This document shows, piece by piece, positions 1-9,301 of a DNA stretch of 64,000 nt. The stretch is taken from sequence record MT446416.1; one strand, written 5' to 3'. The number at the start of each line of letters is the position of its first letter. The stretch's first letter is position 1. The position numbers and the translations under genes are program-made. The notes under the pieces are model-generated. The model was given only the letters and a program-made list of their open reading frames with translations. It had not been told where the DNA came from and ran no database searches.

Positions 1-56
1 TGAAGCGTCACATGCAGTGAGTAAAAATGCAACGAGTACTGCTACGATATATTTCA

Positions 57-365
57 TTAACGAACCTCCACTTCTTGAGAAAGAGCATGAGTCAGTGCAT
101 TTGAATTCGAACCATTCATTTCATGCTGACATACAAACATAATGGCATCTTGTACTGAACCTGCGATTTCATACTCACGACCTTCAGGATCAGTTACCAG
201 GTGTTCAACGATGCAACCACCACTAAGTACAGAAGCACCAGTACTTACACTAATTCTGTAACCTAAAAAATCAAACTGCATACATGCGTCAGTAGGTTTC
301 ATCCAATAACCGCTGTTTTGATTCAAATCGATGATTACAAAACCTTGAGTGTTAGTTTGAAACAT
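57..365 (-). CDS. hypothetical protein
   Basis: ORF track; SD GAGGA upstream; downstream of promoter 459-486. Confidence 0.7.
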   Translation of the reverse strand: MFQTNTQGFVIIDLNQNSGYWMKPTDACMQFDFLGYRISVSTGASVLSGGCIVEHLVTDPEGREYEIAGSVQDAIMFVCQHEMNGSNSNALTHALSQEVEVR

Positions 366-458
366 AGTTAATTCCTCATTTAATTTAAAAGGGCGGGAAC
401 GCAGTGACGAGTACGATTATGCTGTCTTTCCTTTCACTGCATTCCCTTTGATATAAAC

Positions 459-486
459 ATTATACAGTACTGATATCTTATGTCAA
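459..486 (-). promoter_or_regulatory. sigma-70-like promoter
   Basis: TTGACA-N16-TATAAT on minus strand; spacer contains AGTACT. Confidence 0.7.
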
Positions 487-582
487 GTATTAATCACCAA
501 AAATCATCAGATACCCAAACCAACCCACACAGACGACTAAGCTAACAATACCAAAGACAATCTCTAAAGTCATGTTGCATCC

Positions 583-783
583 TTAATCAAGGATTTTATA
601 TTCAATATGACCAAAGTATCCAGCCTCAAGGATGCGATTACCATCAGCATCTTCCAAATCCCACCCACGGGATGTTTCGGCAATAATAGTCATGATGTGA
701 CCTTTAGTGAAGGTTCCACTCATAGTGGATACATCCTCAAGTAATTGAACCTTCTTACCAACATTTGTATTTGATTTAAACAT
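583..783 (-). CDS. hypothetical protein
   Basis: ORF track; co-oriented, tightly packed; no motif recognised. Confidence 0.65.
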   Translation of the reverse strand: MFKSNTNVGKKVQLLEDVSTMSGTFTKGHIMTIIAETSRGWDLEDADGNRILEAGYFGHIEYKILD

Positions 784-792
784 ACTTTACCC

Positions 793-975
793 TTATTCGT
801 TGATTACGTCAAGTACTTTGTCCAGTTTCTTACCAATACTATCCTTTGGTTTCTCACCATTCTGGAATACATTAGTACTGCAATACTCAGGACGGGTATT
901 AGGGAACTTCTCGTTCATCCAGGAGTGACCATATACACCAAGAATGATACCTACGATAAGAATGATGATTTGCAT
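793..975 (-). CDS. small membrane-anchored protein
   Basis: Hydrophobic N-terminus IIILIVGIILGVYG; SD GAGGA. Confidence 0.6.
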   Translation of the reverse strand: MQIIILIVGIILGVYGHSWMNEKFPNTRPEYCSTNVFQNGEKPKDSIGKKLDKVLDVINE

Positions 976-989
976 GATATATCCTCTAA

Positions 990-1784
990 TTAAATTACAT
1001 ACGGTTTATAGTAATGAATCTCGTTTGCGATTGCAGTGAAGACTTTATTATTAAATCTTTCACCATAATCACGAAGTGATTCACCTTCTTCGCTTTCAAT
1101 GAAGTAATTATATACTGGTAGACGTGCGTTGTCAACACCTATAAATGATTTCATGTAAATTTGTACTAAACGATTCATTCCTTCATTTAAGCATTGCACC
1201 TCAAAGTGCTTGATACCTTTGTCTAAATGTTTGAATGCATTAATGATACCACGTTTAAAATCACGCTGCATAGTACTGAATAAATTCTCAGGGAACACGG
1301 TAATAGGTGACATTGATTTAAGAATGTATGTATCTTTGGCATTCTTAATGTACTCAATAAAGCAGTAGTTAACGTCCGGCTCAATTGAACGATCCGCGTT
1401 ATGATACCAGTGTTTAAACTCACTGTACTCAGCAAACTTATGCTGGCGTAATGCGTTACAATCCTCACACAGTGCAGTTATGTTCTCTTTATCATTACCG
1501 CCCTGGAGACAGTCCAGTACATTATGGTCTAACGTCATGCGTACAAGGCGTTTACCTTTAAGTACATAAGGTCTGAATTTATAACGGTCTTTAGTACTGT
1601 GCTTATGTAAAGTGAATACCACATTGGATTCACCACAACAATCACATTTAAAGCCATCACGTGACATTACATGAATGAGTTTTCGAGTATTTGGGCCGAA
1701 CTCAGATTTAGTAATGTTGCCGACAATTTCTGATGGGTCGTAGTATTTTGAATTCCGGCGAATCAATTCATCTATAGTGCTCAT
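990..1784 (-). CDS. HNH-family nuclease domain protein
   Basis: RDGFKCDCC...TLDH...GGNDKENITALCEDCN: Zn-binding McrA-type HNH pattern. Confidence 0.6.
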   Translation of the reverse strand: MSTIDELIRRNSKYYDPSEIVGNITKSEFGPNTRKLIHVMSRDGFKCDCCGESNVVFTLHKHSTKDRYKFRPYVLKGKRLVRMTLDHNVLDCLQGGNDKENITALCEDCNALRQHKFAEYSEFKHWYHNADRSIEPDVNYCFIEYIKNAKDTYILKSMSPITVFPENLFSTMQRDFKRGIINAFKHLDKGIKHFEVQCLNEGMNRLVQIYMKSFIGVDNARLPVYNYFIESEEGESLRDYGERFNNKVFTAIANEIHYYKPYVI

Positions 1785-1785
1785 T

Positions 1786-2016
1786 TTACATTAATCCTTC
1801 TATGCTACAACCAATAAGTACTTTTTTCACTTCAATAACTCGTACCAAATAGAATCCATTTGAAAAGTTAAAACTATACATTTGTACTAAGGCATCTGCT
1901 TCAGATTTCGCACGGATACATGATAGATATAGTTCTCGTATATCGCCATCCAACGATGCTTGTTTCTCGTCATTGATAACAATAGAACGAATCTCAAAAC
2001 GAACACCATAACTCAT
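1786..2016 (-). CDS. hypothetical protein
   Basis: ORF track; ATGA-type overlap with neighbour. Confidence 0.6.
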   Translation of the reverse strand: MSYGVRFEIRSIVINDEKQASLDGDIRELYLSCIRAKSEADALVQMYSFNFSNGFYLVRVIEVKKVLIGCSIEGLM

Positions 2017-2222
2017 TCTGTTTGTCCAACAATTAGTTTTTCTTTAGTATTACTATTGTAACACCACATTAATTCTTCACCAACTGTTCTAAGTGAAACG
2101 CTGTTTACTTGTTCATACGTACTGTCACGTACTGCAATGCATTGATTCATTGAATTCATTGGGGTGATTTGTACACCAGATTGTGGTGAAAGAGCAATAA
2201 TTAAAAAGATTACTGAATTCAT
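2013..2222 (-). CDS. small secreted or membrane protein
   Basis: Hydrophobic N-terminus; SD GAGGA; downstream of promoter 2287-2315. Confidence 0.6.
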   Translation of the reverse strand: MNSVIFLIIALSPQSGVQITPMNSMNQCIAVRDSTYEQVNSVSLRTVGEELMWCYNSNTKEKLIVGQTE

Positions 2223-2286
2223 TAGATATTCCTCAATGGTTAATCATCCATCTCTTCGAGATGTCTGTTCGCTTCTAATACTACGT

Positions 2287-2315
2287 ATTCTACGCGAATG
2301 AATCATAACTGTCAA
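2287..2315 (-). promoter_or_regulatory. sigma-70-like promoter
   Basis: TTGACA-N17-TAGAAT. Confidence 0.65.
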
Positions 2316-2378
2316 GGACTTTTAATATTGACGGGATTTGTTGAGGACTTTTTCATCCCCCGCAGGGGAATGATGGTA

Positions 2379-2404
2379 AGAAAAAAGAGACAATTAAGTC
2401 TCTT
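2379..2404 (-). terminator. intrinsic terminator ending the candidate large ncRNA
   Basis: AAGAGAC-ttaatt-GTCTCTT hairpin followed by U tract on minus strand. Confidence 0.6.
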
Positions 2405-2815
2405 CTTGACGCTGATGGCATCGGATTTTATTGTATCGTGAATTTAGGACGGATCTATATTGTAATAAATCAATCGCAAACGGAAGCGGGTTGCTCTGTT
2501 TCTCCCTATCACGGTCATATGCAACGGTCACTGGTCTTTTCATCCCAGCACTCACTTAAAACTCCATACAATCGAAGTTCAAGCTGTCTTATAATAAGAC
2601 TCCCTTAGCAAATCTGGTAAGGTGCGATCCTTATATGTCTATCGAGGAACTCTCGGTATGCTTATCGGAGTTCTTTATACAGCCGCATTGCCGTGAGGGG
2701 TTCAAACTATGCCCACATCTAACGGGTTTCTTTTGCTGTTCGTTCTGTAGCACAACTCATCTGCCCTCTACATTTTCGAGTGGTTCAGGATTATTTTATT
2801 CTAAATGAGCTACAG
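2385..2815 (-). ncRNA. candidate large structured non-coding RNA (~430 nt), class unknown
   Basis: No ORF >=60 aa in any frame; visibly more GC-rich than flanks; stems GAACTC/GAGTTC, CCTTA/TAAGG, GTCTTA-TTA-TAAGAC; ends in terminator. Confidence 0.55.
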
Positions 2816-2827
2816 GTTTTTTTTATT

Positions 2828-3472
2828 CTAAATTTTACTTAATGACAAAGTAATACGTCCATTAAGTAAATCATCGTTTAAAACATCAATTCTACGTTGT
2901 AAACCTTTTATTACACCATCTGACACACTATTATTATATTTTTTAATAATATCAGAAAGATGTTCTTTTTTGGCTAATTGCCATTTTGCATGAGCTTCTT
3001 CAGGTGTGGGAAATGCACCCAAATGATATTTTTTCTTATTTTTGTAAATTTGTGCATAATATGGATTTTTGTATTCAAAACTCATATTTTTTTTAGGTAT
3101 ATGATAACAAACACCAAGTGGTTGATTTTTATTATTTTTGTCAATGATACACATGTTTATTTCATTTGGTACAAATGAACACGTTTCAGGAGAATACATT
3201 TTTTTATTACCGTCGATTAAATCTTTATCTAATTCATAACCATCTTTGTAATTTGATATATACCATTCTTTAAATTTAGAGTATGTTTTCCATTCATCAC
3301 ATATAATAACTCCTATATATGTTTTATGAGTTTCTTGATACTTTTCAGAATAACATCGTTTTATCATATCTTTCCATGTATAATAAACTTTACTATAAAC
3401 ACTTTTTTTTGTGGAATCACCTTTAACATCATTGATTCCAAAACCATATACCAATTTCATATTAAATTCCAA
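2828..3472 (-). CDS. HNH homing endonuclease with AP2-like DNA-binding domain
   Basis: YYTWKDMIKRCY...ICDEWKTYSKFKEW...ELDKD...YSPETC core; YYAQI..KKYHLGAFPTPEEAH AP2-like tail. Confidence 0.75.
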   Translation of the reverse strand: MEFNMKLVYGFGINDVKGDSTKKSVYSKVYYTWKDMIKRCYSEKYQETHKTYIGVIICDEWKTYSKFKEWYISNYKDGYELDKDLIDGNKKMYSPETCSFVPNEINMCIIDKNNKNQPLGVCYHIPKKNMSFEYKNPYYAQIYKNKKKYHLGAFPTPEEAHAKWQLAKKEHLSDIIKKYNNSVSDGVIKGLQRRIDVLNDDLLNGRITLSLSKI

Positions 3473-3491
3473 TTATGGTTATCATACTAAC

Positions 3492-3520
3492 ATTGTATCA
3501 CACTTTCTAAATTTGTCCCA
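3492..3520 (-). promoter_or_regulatory. variant promoter TGGGACA-N13-TGA-TACAAT
   Basis: One of five copies with identical geometry (see findings). Confidence 0.6.
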
Positions 3521-3521
3521 T

Positions 3522-3551
3522 AAAAAAAGGGCTGACAGAAGTCAACCCTTT
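3522..3551 (-). terminator. intrinsic terminator after sigma factor gene
   Basis: AAGGGTTGAC-TTCT-GTCAGCCCTT then T7. Confidence 0.7.
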
Positions 3552-3555
3552 AATC

Positions 3556-4521
3556 TTAAAAATCTTCGAACTCATAACCTTTTGTCTTAACCATCTTACG
3601 CAGTCGTTCCATTGCTTCAGAGTACTTACGGTGCAATGAAGAACGAGCAGTCATGACCTTACCCTTCTCATCTTCAAAACCACTCTCAATGATTTCTCGT
3701 AGCGTTTCTGGTTCAGAATAAGAACCAATACCATGTACACGTTCAATCAATTCACGGTCTTTGGCAGATAGGTTACTCATCATTTCTGCAATACTTTGTA
3801 CCAGTGGGGTACTGACAGTTTCTACGCCTAAGTTGTAATCAGGTTCAACTGAAGTAACAATGTCAGATAATGTACTTTCTGAATCATTACTCATTTTCAT
3901 ATTCAATGCTACATAAGTGTTATTGTAAGTTAGACAATTCTTAACGTGTTGAATCTCAATACCAGTCTCTTTTGACACCATCTCAGGAGTTGGGTATTTA
4001 CCATGTTTCCTTTGATACTCTTCAACACAACGTTTCACATAAATGTTATTAACACTCATATAACGTGGGAAATGCACTAGATAATTAGCATCTGCACTTT
4101 CGTTATAGATTGTCATGTACACAGTTGTTGTTGCATATGTAATGAACTTAACATTTTTGGTAGTGTCGAACGTATGAATTGCTCGCATTAAACCTTCAAC
4201 ACCATAAGAAATCTTATCTTCAAATGGGATAAAACATGTACATTTACGTGCAACACTTACTACCATTGGATAGTTGTAGCGAACCAAAAGGTCAATGTTC
4301 TTTTCAACGTCAATACCATCACGCACTGCTTGGATGAGCATTTCATTCGTTATACCTTTAGGGCGAGTTAAACTGATACCTGTTTTTGGTTTCTCAAACT
4401 TGTGACCGTCATGTTCTTCTTCATCAACCGAATCTAGAGCCTCTAAGACGTTGACTTCTTCACTAGCAAAACACTCATCCAGTACTTCTTCAAAAATTGC
4501 ATTTAAATCAAGCTTTTTCAC
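3556..4521 (-). CDS. RNA polymerase sigma-70-family sigma factor
   Basis: Region 2: LVRYNYPMVVSVARK..FEDKISYGVEGLMRAIHTFD..KFITYAT; region 3 and degenerate region 4 (PETLREI). Confidence 0.85.
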   Translation of the reverse strand: MKKLDLNAIFEEVLDECFASEEVNVLEALDSVDEEEHDGHKFEKPKTGISLTRPKGITNEMLIQAVRDGIDVEKNIDLLVRYNYPMVVSVARKCTCFIPFEDKISYGVEGLMRAIHTFDTTKNVKFITYATTTVYMTIYNESADANYLVHFPRYMSVNNIYVKRCVEEYQRKHGKYPTPEMVSKETGIEIQHVKNCLTYNNTYVALNMKMSNDSESTLSDIVTSVEPDYNLGVETVSTPLVQSIAEMMSNLSAKDRELIERVHGIGSYSEPETLREIIESGFEDEKGKVMTARSSLHRKYSEAMERLRKMVKTKGYEFEDF

Positions 4522-4543
4522 TTACTTCTCCTAATGAATGAAA

Positions 4544-5041
4544 TCAAAAACGGTATACATTAATATTATCATCGGTATAGATATCATGGTTATGAACATC
4601 CATGAAGGTATCAAATACCTTATCAAGAAGAGTATTATACTCTTCATGTAATGCTGCATCAAGCATGTATTCACCACCACTACCCATAAAGAATGTATAA
4701 TCATTATGGAGATAATCAATCTTCTTGGTAAACTTACCCTTATTAATGATTAAGTGAATGATGTAATCTTTTGACACAAGAACACAGTGACAACTCGCCT
4801 TGCGGTCTGGTATCACAGTCTCTTGTGAAATCAAGTATCTCAGTACTTTGTTAATTTCACTAACCTCACCGCAAGCACTAAACAGTCGGTCGTGTACATA
4901 CAATGTTTTTTGTGAAACTACACCATAACTAAGTTTTGGCTTCAACGGGAATAGGTTCAAAAATGAACGCTGCTCAGTTGATGTCACTTTTGAATCAGTA
5001 AGTAATACTCCCAAGCGTTTATCAATATAAACAGTTGTCAT
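4544..5041 (-). CDS. putative Ntn-hydrolase (HslV/proteasome-beta-like) protein
   Basis: N-terminal Thr-Thr after Met, LTDSKVT, later MGSGG; pattern match by eye only. Confidence 0.45.
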   Translation of the reverse strand: MTTVYIDKRLGVLLTDSKVTSTEQRSFLNLFPLKPKLSYGVVSQKTLYVHDRLFSACGEVSEINKVLRYLISQETVIPDRKASCHCVLVSKDYIIHLIINKGKFTKKIDYLHNDYTFFMGSGGEYMLDAALHEEYNTLLDKVFDTFMDVHNHDIYTDDNINVYRF

Positions 5042-5042
5042 A

Positions 5043-5462
5043 TTAAACCTTATCTAAAAATTTAGCATAGATATAAAATTCTTTATCGTTGAATACATTA
5101 ATTCTAATATCGAAGCGTTGAAGTGTATTCATGTATAATGAACTTTTTAAATAAAAATACAATGCAACAAATTCAGATATATGCATATTCTTTTTATTAT
5201 TACATAAATTCTTTAGCATTTTAATGCTATCAAAATCATCTTTATCATATCTGTACTGGAAAAAATTGTATCTATTTGAACGGCACTCATAGATGAGAAG
5301 GGCCATTATATCAATACATGCTTGAGATTTACAGTACTTATTCAATACAGGGTAATCACCAGTACATAATGCTACGAAGATTTTATGTGCAAGTGTTGCT
5401 TTGCCTTCAATCGTATAATAGCCAAAAAATTTAATGATTAAGTAATGTATAAATCTAAGCAT
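5043..5462 (-). CDS. hypothetical protein
   Basis: ORF track; packed, co-oriented. Confidence 0.6.
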   Translation of the reverse strand: MLRFIHYLIIKFFGYYTIEGKATLAHKIFVALCTGDYPVLNKYCKSQACIDIMALLIYECRSNRYNFFQYRYDKDDFDSIKMLKNLCNNKKNMHISEFVALYFYLKSSLYMNTLQRFDIRINVFNDKEFYIYAKFLDKV

Positions 5463-5467
5463 TGGAT

Positions 5468-5728
5468 TTAGAATTTCTCCGAAATTACAAGTGTATCATC
5501 ATAGTCATCAGCAACGGAGTTCAGTACTTCCAAATTACTTTCACCAGAAATACTTTGTACTTCGTTCAAAAGATAGTTTAGATCAACAGTTGTTACTTTT
5601 TCTGAATCAAACACACAGAAAGTCAATTCAGCGTTTGGACAGATCTTCTTCAGATTATCAGCAACAACTTGTTTGAAGTTAAAAGATGGGGAAGCAACCA
5701 GGTTAACTGCAACGAGAATAGATTTCAT
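5468..5728 (-). CDS. hypothetical protein
   Basis: ORF track; SD AAGGA. Confidence 0.65.
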   Translation of the reverse strand: MKSILVAVNLVASPSFNFKQVVADNLKKICPNAELTFCVFDSEKVTTVDLNYLLNEVQSISGESNLEVLNSVADDYDDTLVISEKF

Positions 5729-5802
5729 AATGTTTTCCTTTTTAGCTGATAATTAAATTAGGAGCACATTGTACTCCATGTTATTGGTTAAGTCAAATAC
5801 TT

Positions 5803-6054
5803 TTAGATACCGAGTACTGAATTCAATTCTTTACGCTTGTTATATGAATCAGATTCAAACTTGCTTTTCTTATTGAAAAGGGATTCGATATCCTTATAGA
5901 TAGCTTCGATGGATTTAGTTACAACCCATTCGGATTCCTGAAGCATAGCTTGAAGACGTGCGTACTCAACTTTGATAGTACTGCGAAGTTCTTCACAAGC
6001 TTCTTCGTTCTTAATTAGTGCTTCACTAAGTTCTTTGACCTTATCGATGTTCAT
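5803..6054 (-). CDS. hypothetical coiled-coil protein
   Basis: ORF track; heptad-rich; SD AAGGA. Confidence 0.65.
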   Translation of the reverse strand: MNIDKVKELSEALIKNEEACEELRSTIKVEYARLQAMLQESEWVVTKSIEAIYKDIESLFNKKSKFESDSYNKRKELNSVLGI

Positions 6055-6113
6055 AAGTTCCTTACCATTTCCTAGTTTTGATGTAATAATTATATATCTC
6101 TCAATAACTCACG

Positions 6114-6545
6114 TCAACTGTTTTCCGTACCTTTCTCTGCCATTTTGGTGATGTGCCATTTGAGTACTGATTTGTGTACCATAAAAAATGTGAATGCAAA
6201 GACTGTAATGGCTGCTGAAGTAACACTATTAGATAAAGACCCAAGTTGGATGTTAGTACCTAAAATAACAATAAATGGATACAACACAATAAATCTACTG
6301 TAAGGTTCGTCTCCAGTATCACGGATAAATACAAGCCTTTCATGATCAGTATCCATTGTGACAATTACAATTGGAAAGAACATAAGTGCAGACATAAGAG
6401 CAATACCAATTTGTGCTACATTGGAAATTGTAAACCACAAAGGATTTAAACCATATGAAATGTTATTTTCAGTACAGTAATATCCGAATGTATTGAATGT
6501 ACAAACTAAAAATACAAAAATGCAAATCTTATTGTATGCCCTCAT
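6114..6545 (-). CDS. multi-pass membrane protein
   Basis: About four hydrophobic segments. Confidence 0.65.
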   Translation of the reverse strand: MRAYNKICIFVFLVCTFNTFGYYCTENNISYGLNPLWFTISNVAQIGIALMSALMFFPIVIVTMDTDHERLVFIRDTGDEPYSRFIVLYPFIVILGTNIQLGSLSNSVTSAAITVFAFTFFMVHKSVLKWHITKMAEKGTENS

Positions 6546-6979
6546 TTGTTTAGCTCCGTTAATTTTCGTTTAACTTCAAGATCATAATACTCATCAGCAT
6601 ATGAGTTTTGAACAGTTCTTGTATATTCCAACATTACAAACATAGAACCACACACCCACAGATAAGTATAGTAATCAAATACAAAAGCATAGATAATACA
6701 TGGTATTAAAATAAATGTAAACACAAAACTATATCTCTTAGTACCGAATACTTTAACAAAAAGCAGACGGCGGTAATCACGTGCAAATGTATGAATACAT
6801 ATAGAAAATATAATCAATGAATACCATGAAATGCCCTGGATTACACCTGAAACATTTACAAGTTTATGTCCGTCTGGAAACCCCAGTGCATTAAGCACTG
6901 GAGCCATAACCCAACCAATAATAGCAATAAGAAATAGATACTTTGCATTGCTAAGTGTGAACATTATTTCAGTCCCCAT
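6542..6979 (-). CDS. multi-pass membrane protein
   Basis: About four hydrophobic segments; layout similar to neighbour (RLLFVK vs RLVFIR). Confidence 0.65.
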   Translation of the reverse strand: MGTEIMFTLSNAKYLFLIAIIGWVMAPVLNALGFPDGHKLVNVSGVIQGISWYSLIIFSICIHTFARDYRRLLFVKVFGTKRYSFVFTFILIPCIIYAFVFDYYTYLWVCGSMFVMLEYTRTVQNSYADEYYDLEVKRKLTELNK

Positions 6980-7422
6980 GCCTTTTTAATAGCATCCACT
7001 GCGTTCTGGTCTACGACTTCCTGTTTAGTAGCACTGGCTTGTAGTTTATCAACTACATAGTTCTTAGCATCTTTTTCAATCATAAACTTACCATCAACTA
7101 AACACCCAAATACTTTAGAGTTACGTGCTGGGTATGTCCCGATTTCATCAAGAGTACGAACTTTCTTATCAACTACAATTGCTTTGATGTAACCAGTTTC
7201 CAGTACTGTAGTAATGACAGTCATTTCGATTGCAATTGGTGACTCTTCCCAGAATGCAATCCACTTTGTGAAGCTGCGATCCGGTGAATCTTTTGTTGGC
7301 TTCAGTTTAATTGCACTGTTGAAAATGTACTGCTTGAATCCATCTTCAACCACTTCACTGATACTTAGGTAACCTTCACGTTCTTCTGCGTTGCGTTTGA
7401 ATTGAGTAGCTAATACGTCCAT
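6964..7422 (-). CDS. hypothetical protein
   Basis: ORF track; SD GAGGA. Confidence 0.7.
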   Translation of the reverse strand: MDVLATQFKRNAEEREGYLSISEVVEDGFKQYIFNSAIKLKPTKDSPDRSFTKWIAFWEESPIAIEMTVITTVLETGYIKAIVVDKKVRTLDEIGTYPARNSKVFGCLVDGKFMIEKDAKNYVVDKLQASATKQEVVDQNAVDAIKKAWGLK

Positions 7423-7475
7423 CGTTAAATCCTCTTGTCAGTTATTGCGGTACGAAGCTATTATACTACCATTTA

Positions 7476-7919
7476 CTATTTGGAGTCAACACATTTCAAC
7501 AAGTATTTTTCTATGTATCTTATATGTGATGGTGGTAACAGTAAGTTTTCGTATCTAACCCTGTACACACTACAATCTCCTAGATGAAAATGACTGGTAG
7601 GATACAAGTCAGTTCTAATACTAACACGTTTACGATTATCAGTAAAGTTAATTAATGATTTTGGATTGTTATTAGCATGAGTTCTTACAAAGTATTCAAT
7701 TTCATTGAGTGCTTTTTCGTCGTATACATACTTGTCAAACACACCTAGTGTAAAGTACCTTGGATGGTACATATATGAGAATAACAATGCAGGAATATAC
7801 TTCTTTATCCCTTCGTGTTTTGCAATAGCTGAAGCATATGCAAAATGTGATGCATCAGAGAAGATGTTAAGAAAAATGAAATATGACACTAATAAACCTA
7901 GAATCAGCAAAAGTGTCAT
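7476..7919 (-). CDS. membrane-anchored hypothetical protein
   Basis: Hydrophobic N-terminus. Confidence 0.6.
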   Translation of the reverse strand: MTLLLILGLLVSYFIFLNIFSDASHFAYASAIAKHEGIKKYIPALLFSYMYHPRYFTLGVFDKYVYDEKALNEIEYFVRTHANNNPKSLINFTDNRKRVSIRTDLYPTSHFHLGDCSVYRVRYENLLLPPSHIRYIEKYLLKCVDSK

Positions 7920-8380
7920 TCAAAACCTCTGTATTTTTCATATACTTCAACACATTCCATGATCTTGTCATCATCAGTCATGTCATAACCCTGAAGAAAT
8001 TCTTCTTTATCAACATTAGCAGCCATCATGTCATCATCCGAAATCCTTGAATCATAGAATGTGTACATATCTTTATAGTACTGCTTGTTGTGCTGTTCAT
8101 CCTTAACCTTAGCATACCCAGCACAAAACGATGGTGATTTAACTACATTCCATTTATGCTTTTTGATAGGCTTATCATTAGCATGTTTTTCACGGTATTG
8201 CTGGCGGTAACGTTCACGCATCTCAGGCATGTATTCTTCCGCAGTACGTTTTGGTTGGGCTTTCCCTGTTCCAATCGTCTTGATTGTTTGACGCTGGTCT
8301 TCCGCATGTACTGGTGCAACAAAGCAGGAAGTACTGAATACAACAGCAGTGATTACTAGAAAGTGTTTAAACATAATCAA
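7916..8380 (-). CDS. exported protein with signal peptide
   Basis: MFKHFLVITAVVFSTSCFVAPVHA-ED signal peptide pattern. Confidence 0.65.
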   Translation of the reverse strand: MIMFKHFLVITAVVFSTSCFVAPVHAEDQRQTIKTIGTGKAQPKRTAEEYMPEMRERYRQQYREKHANDKPIKKHKWNVVKSPSFCAGYAKVKDEQHNKQYYKDMYTFYDSRISDDDMMAANVDKEEFLQGYDMTDDDKIMECVEVYEKYRGFE

Positions 8381-8604
8381 ACCTCTTTTACAATAATGTC
8401 GATTTGCACAGGAATAGCAATCTCACTATTGCATGAATAAACATCTGCACAGTACTCAATATCTAGTACTTCATAGTATTTTTCAAAGCCACAGATTGTA
8501 AGATTCAACGTAGCACCAATAGCTGGCAATACGGGAAAGGATAAAAATGCAATTTTAGAATTAAATTCTTCATTAATATCTTGATATACAGTGGCAGTAA
8601 TCAT
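8377..8604 (-). CDS. hypothetical protein
   Basis: ORF track; overlapping start/stop. Confidence 0.6.
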   Translation of the reverse strand: MITATVYQDINEEFNSKIAFLSFPVLPAIGATLNLTICGFEKYYEVLDIEYCADVYSCNSEIAIPVQIDIIVKEV

Positions 8605-9185
8605 AATGGTAACTCCTGAAGTGGTTTAATAATACTCAGTACTGGGTGATTTTCAATCATCGGTCGCCCTGGTACACCTGTTAGCACAACTGGAATCGAA
8701 CTAATGTCTTTTACATAGTTGAATCCCTCAAATGTGAATTCTTGCTTTTTCTCATTATACAATACCCACAGAATAACGTCAGCTTTTTTCTGTATATTTT
8801 TTAACTGTCGAGTACTAACACATGGTCCAAAGTCTGTCCACGATTTGTACTTGATACCTTTCACTTCAATTCTTAAGTTGTTTACTTTGATATCACATTC
8901 ACCATCACGACCATCACTTTGGAACGCTGGATCAATGTTAAGTGCAATACCTGAATAGTTTTCAATTTCATTAAAAAGTACAAATGATGCATGTTCACAT
9001 ACCATCCCTACAAAATGACTGTGAGCGTGATTAAATCCATACGGCGATTTACTTGCAGGTGCAAGAATCTTATATCGTTCAGATTTCTCAATTGCTTTAG
9101 CCATAAAAGAATCAGCTTCATCTTTGTATAGCTTAACAGTCATTTTGCCATTTTTCAGTACTAAACGTTTTTCTACAACACTCAT
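8601..9185 (-). CDS. putative PD-(D/E)xK nuclease-fold protein
   Basis: GMVCE...CDIKVNNLRIEVKG fits D-x(n)-E-x-K. Confidence 0.45.
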   Translation of the reverse strand: MSVVEKRLVLKNGKMTVKLYKDEADSFMAKAIEKSERYKILAPASKSPYGFNHAHSHFVGMVCEHASFVLFNEIENYSGIALNIDPAFQSDGRDGECDIKVNNLRIEVKGIKYKSWTDFGPCVSTRQLKNIQKKADVILWVLYNEKKQEFTFEGFNYVKDISSIPVVLTGVPGRPMIENHPVLSIIKPLQELPL

Positions 9186-9301
9186 AAAATCCCCTTATTG
9201 ATATTCCATTTAAGTATACGTCAAAAACACAACTCAGTCAAGGTGCTTTTTTACCTATCCAGAATAAATACGTTATAATAATTATACCAATGGAGGGATG
9301 A

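Noticed and set aside
2385-2815. Identification as tmRNA, RNase P RNA, group I intron or retron ncRNA
   Set aside because: No tRNA-Ala-like ends, no GAGGAAAGUCC P4 strand, no P/Q/R/S elements, and no reverse transcriptase in the window.
2794-2833. Short direct repeat TTTATTCTAAAT at the HNH/ncRNA junction as a target-site duplication
   Set aside because: Low-complexity AT sequence, and both copies are on the same side of the gene.
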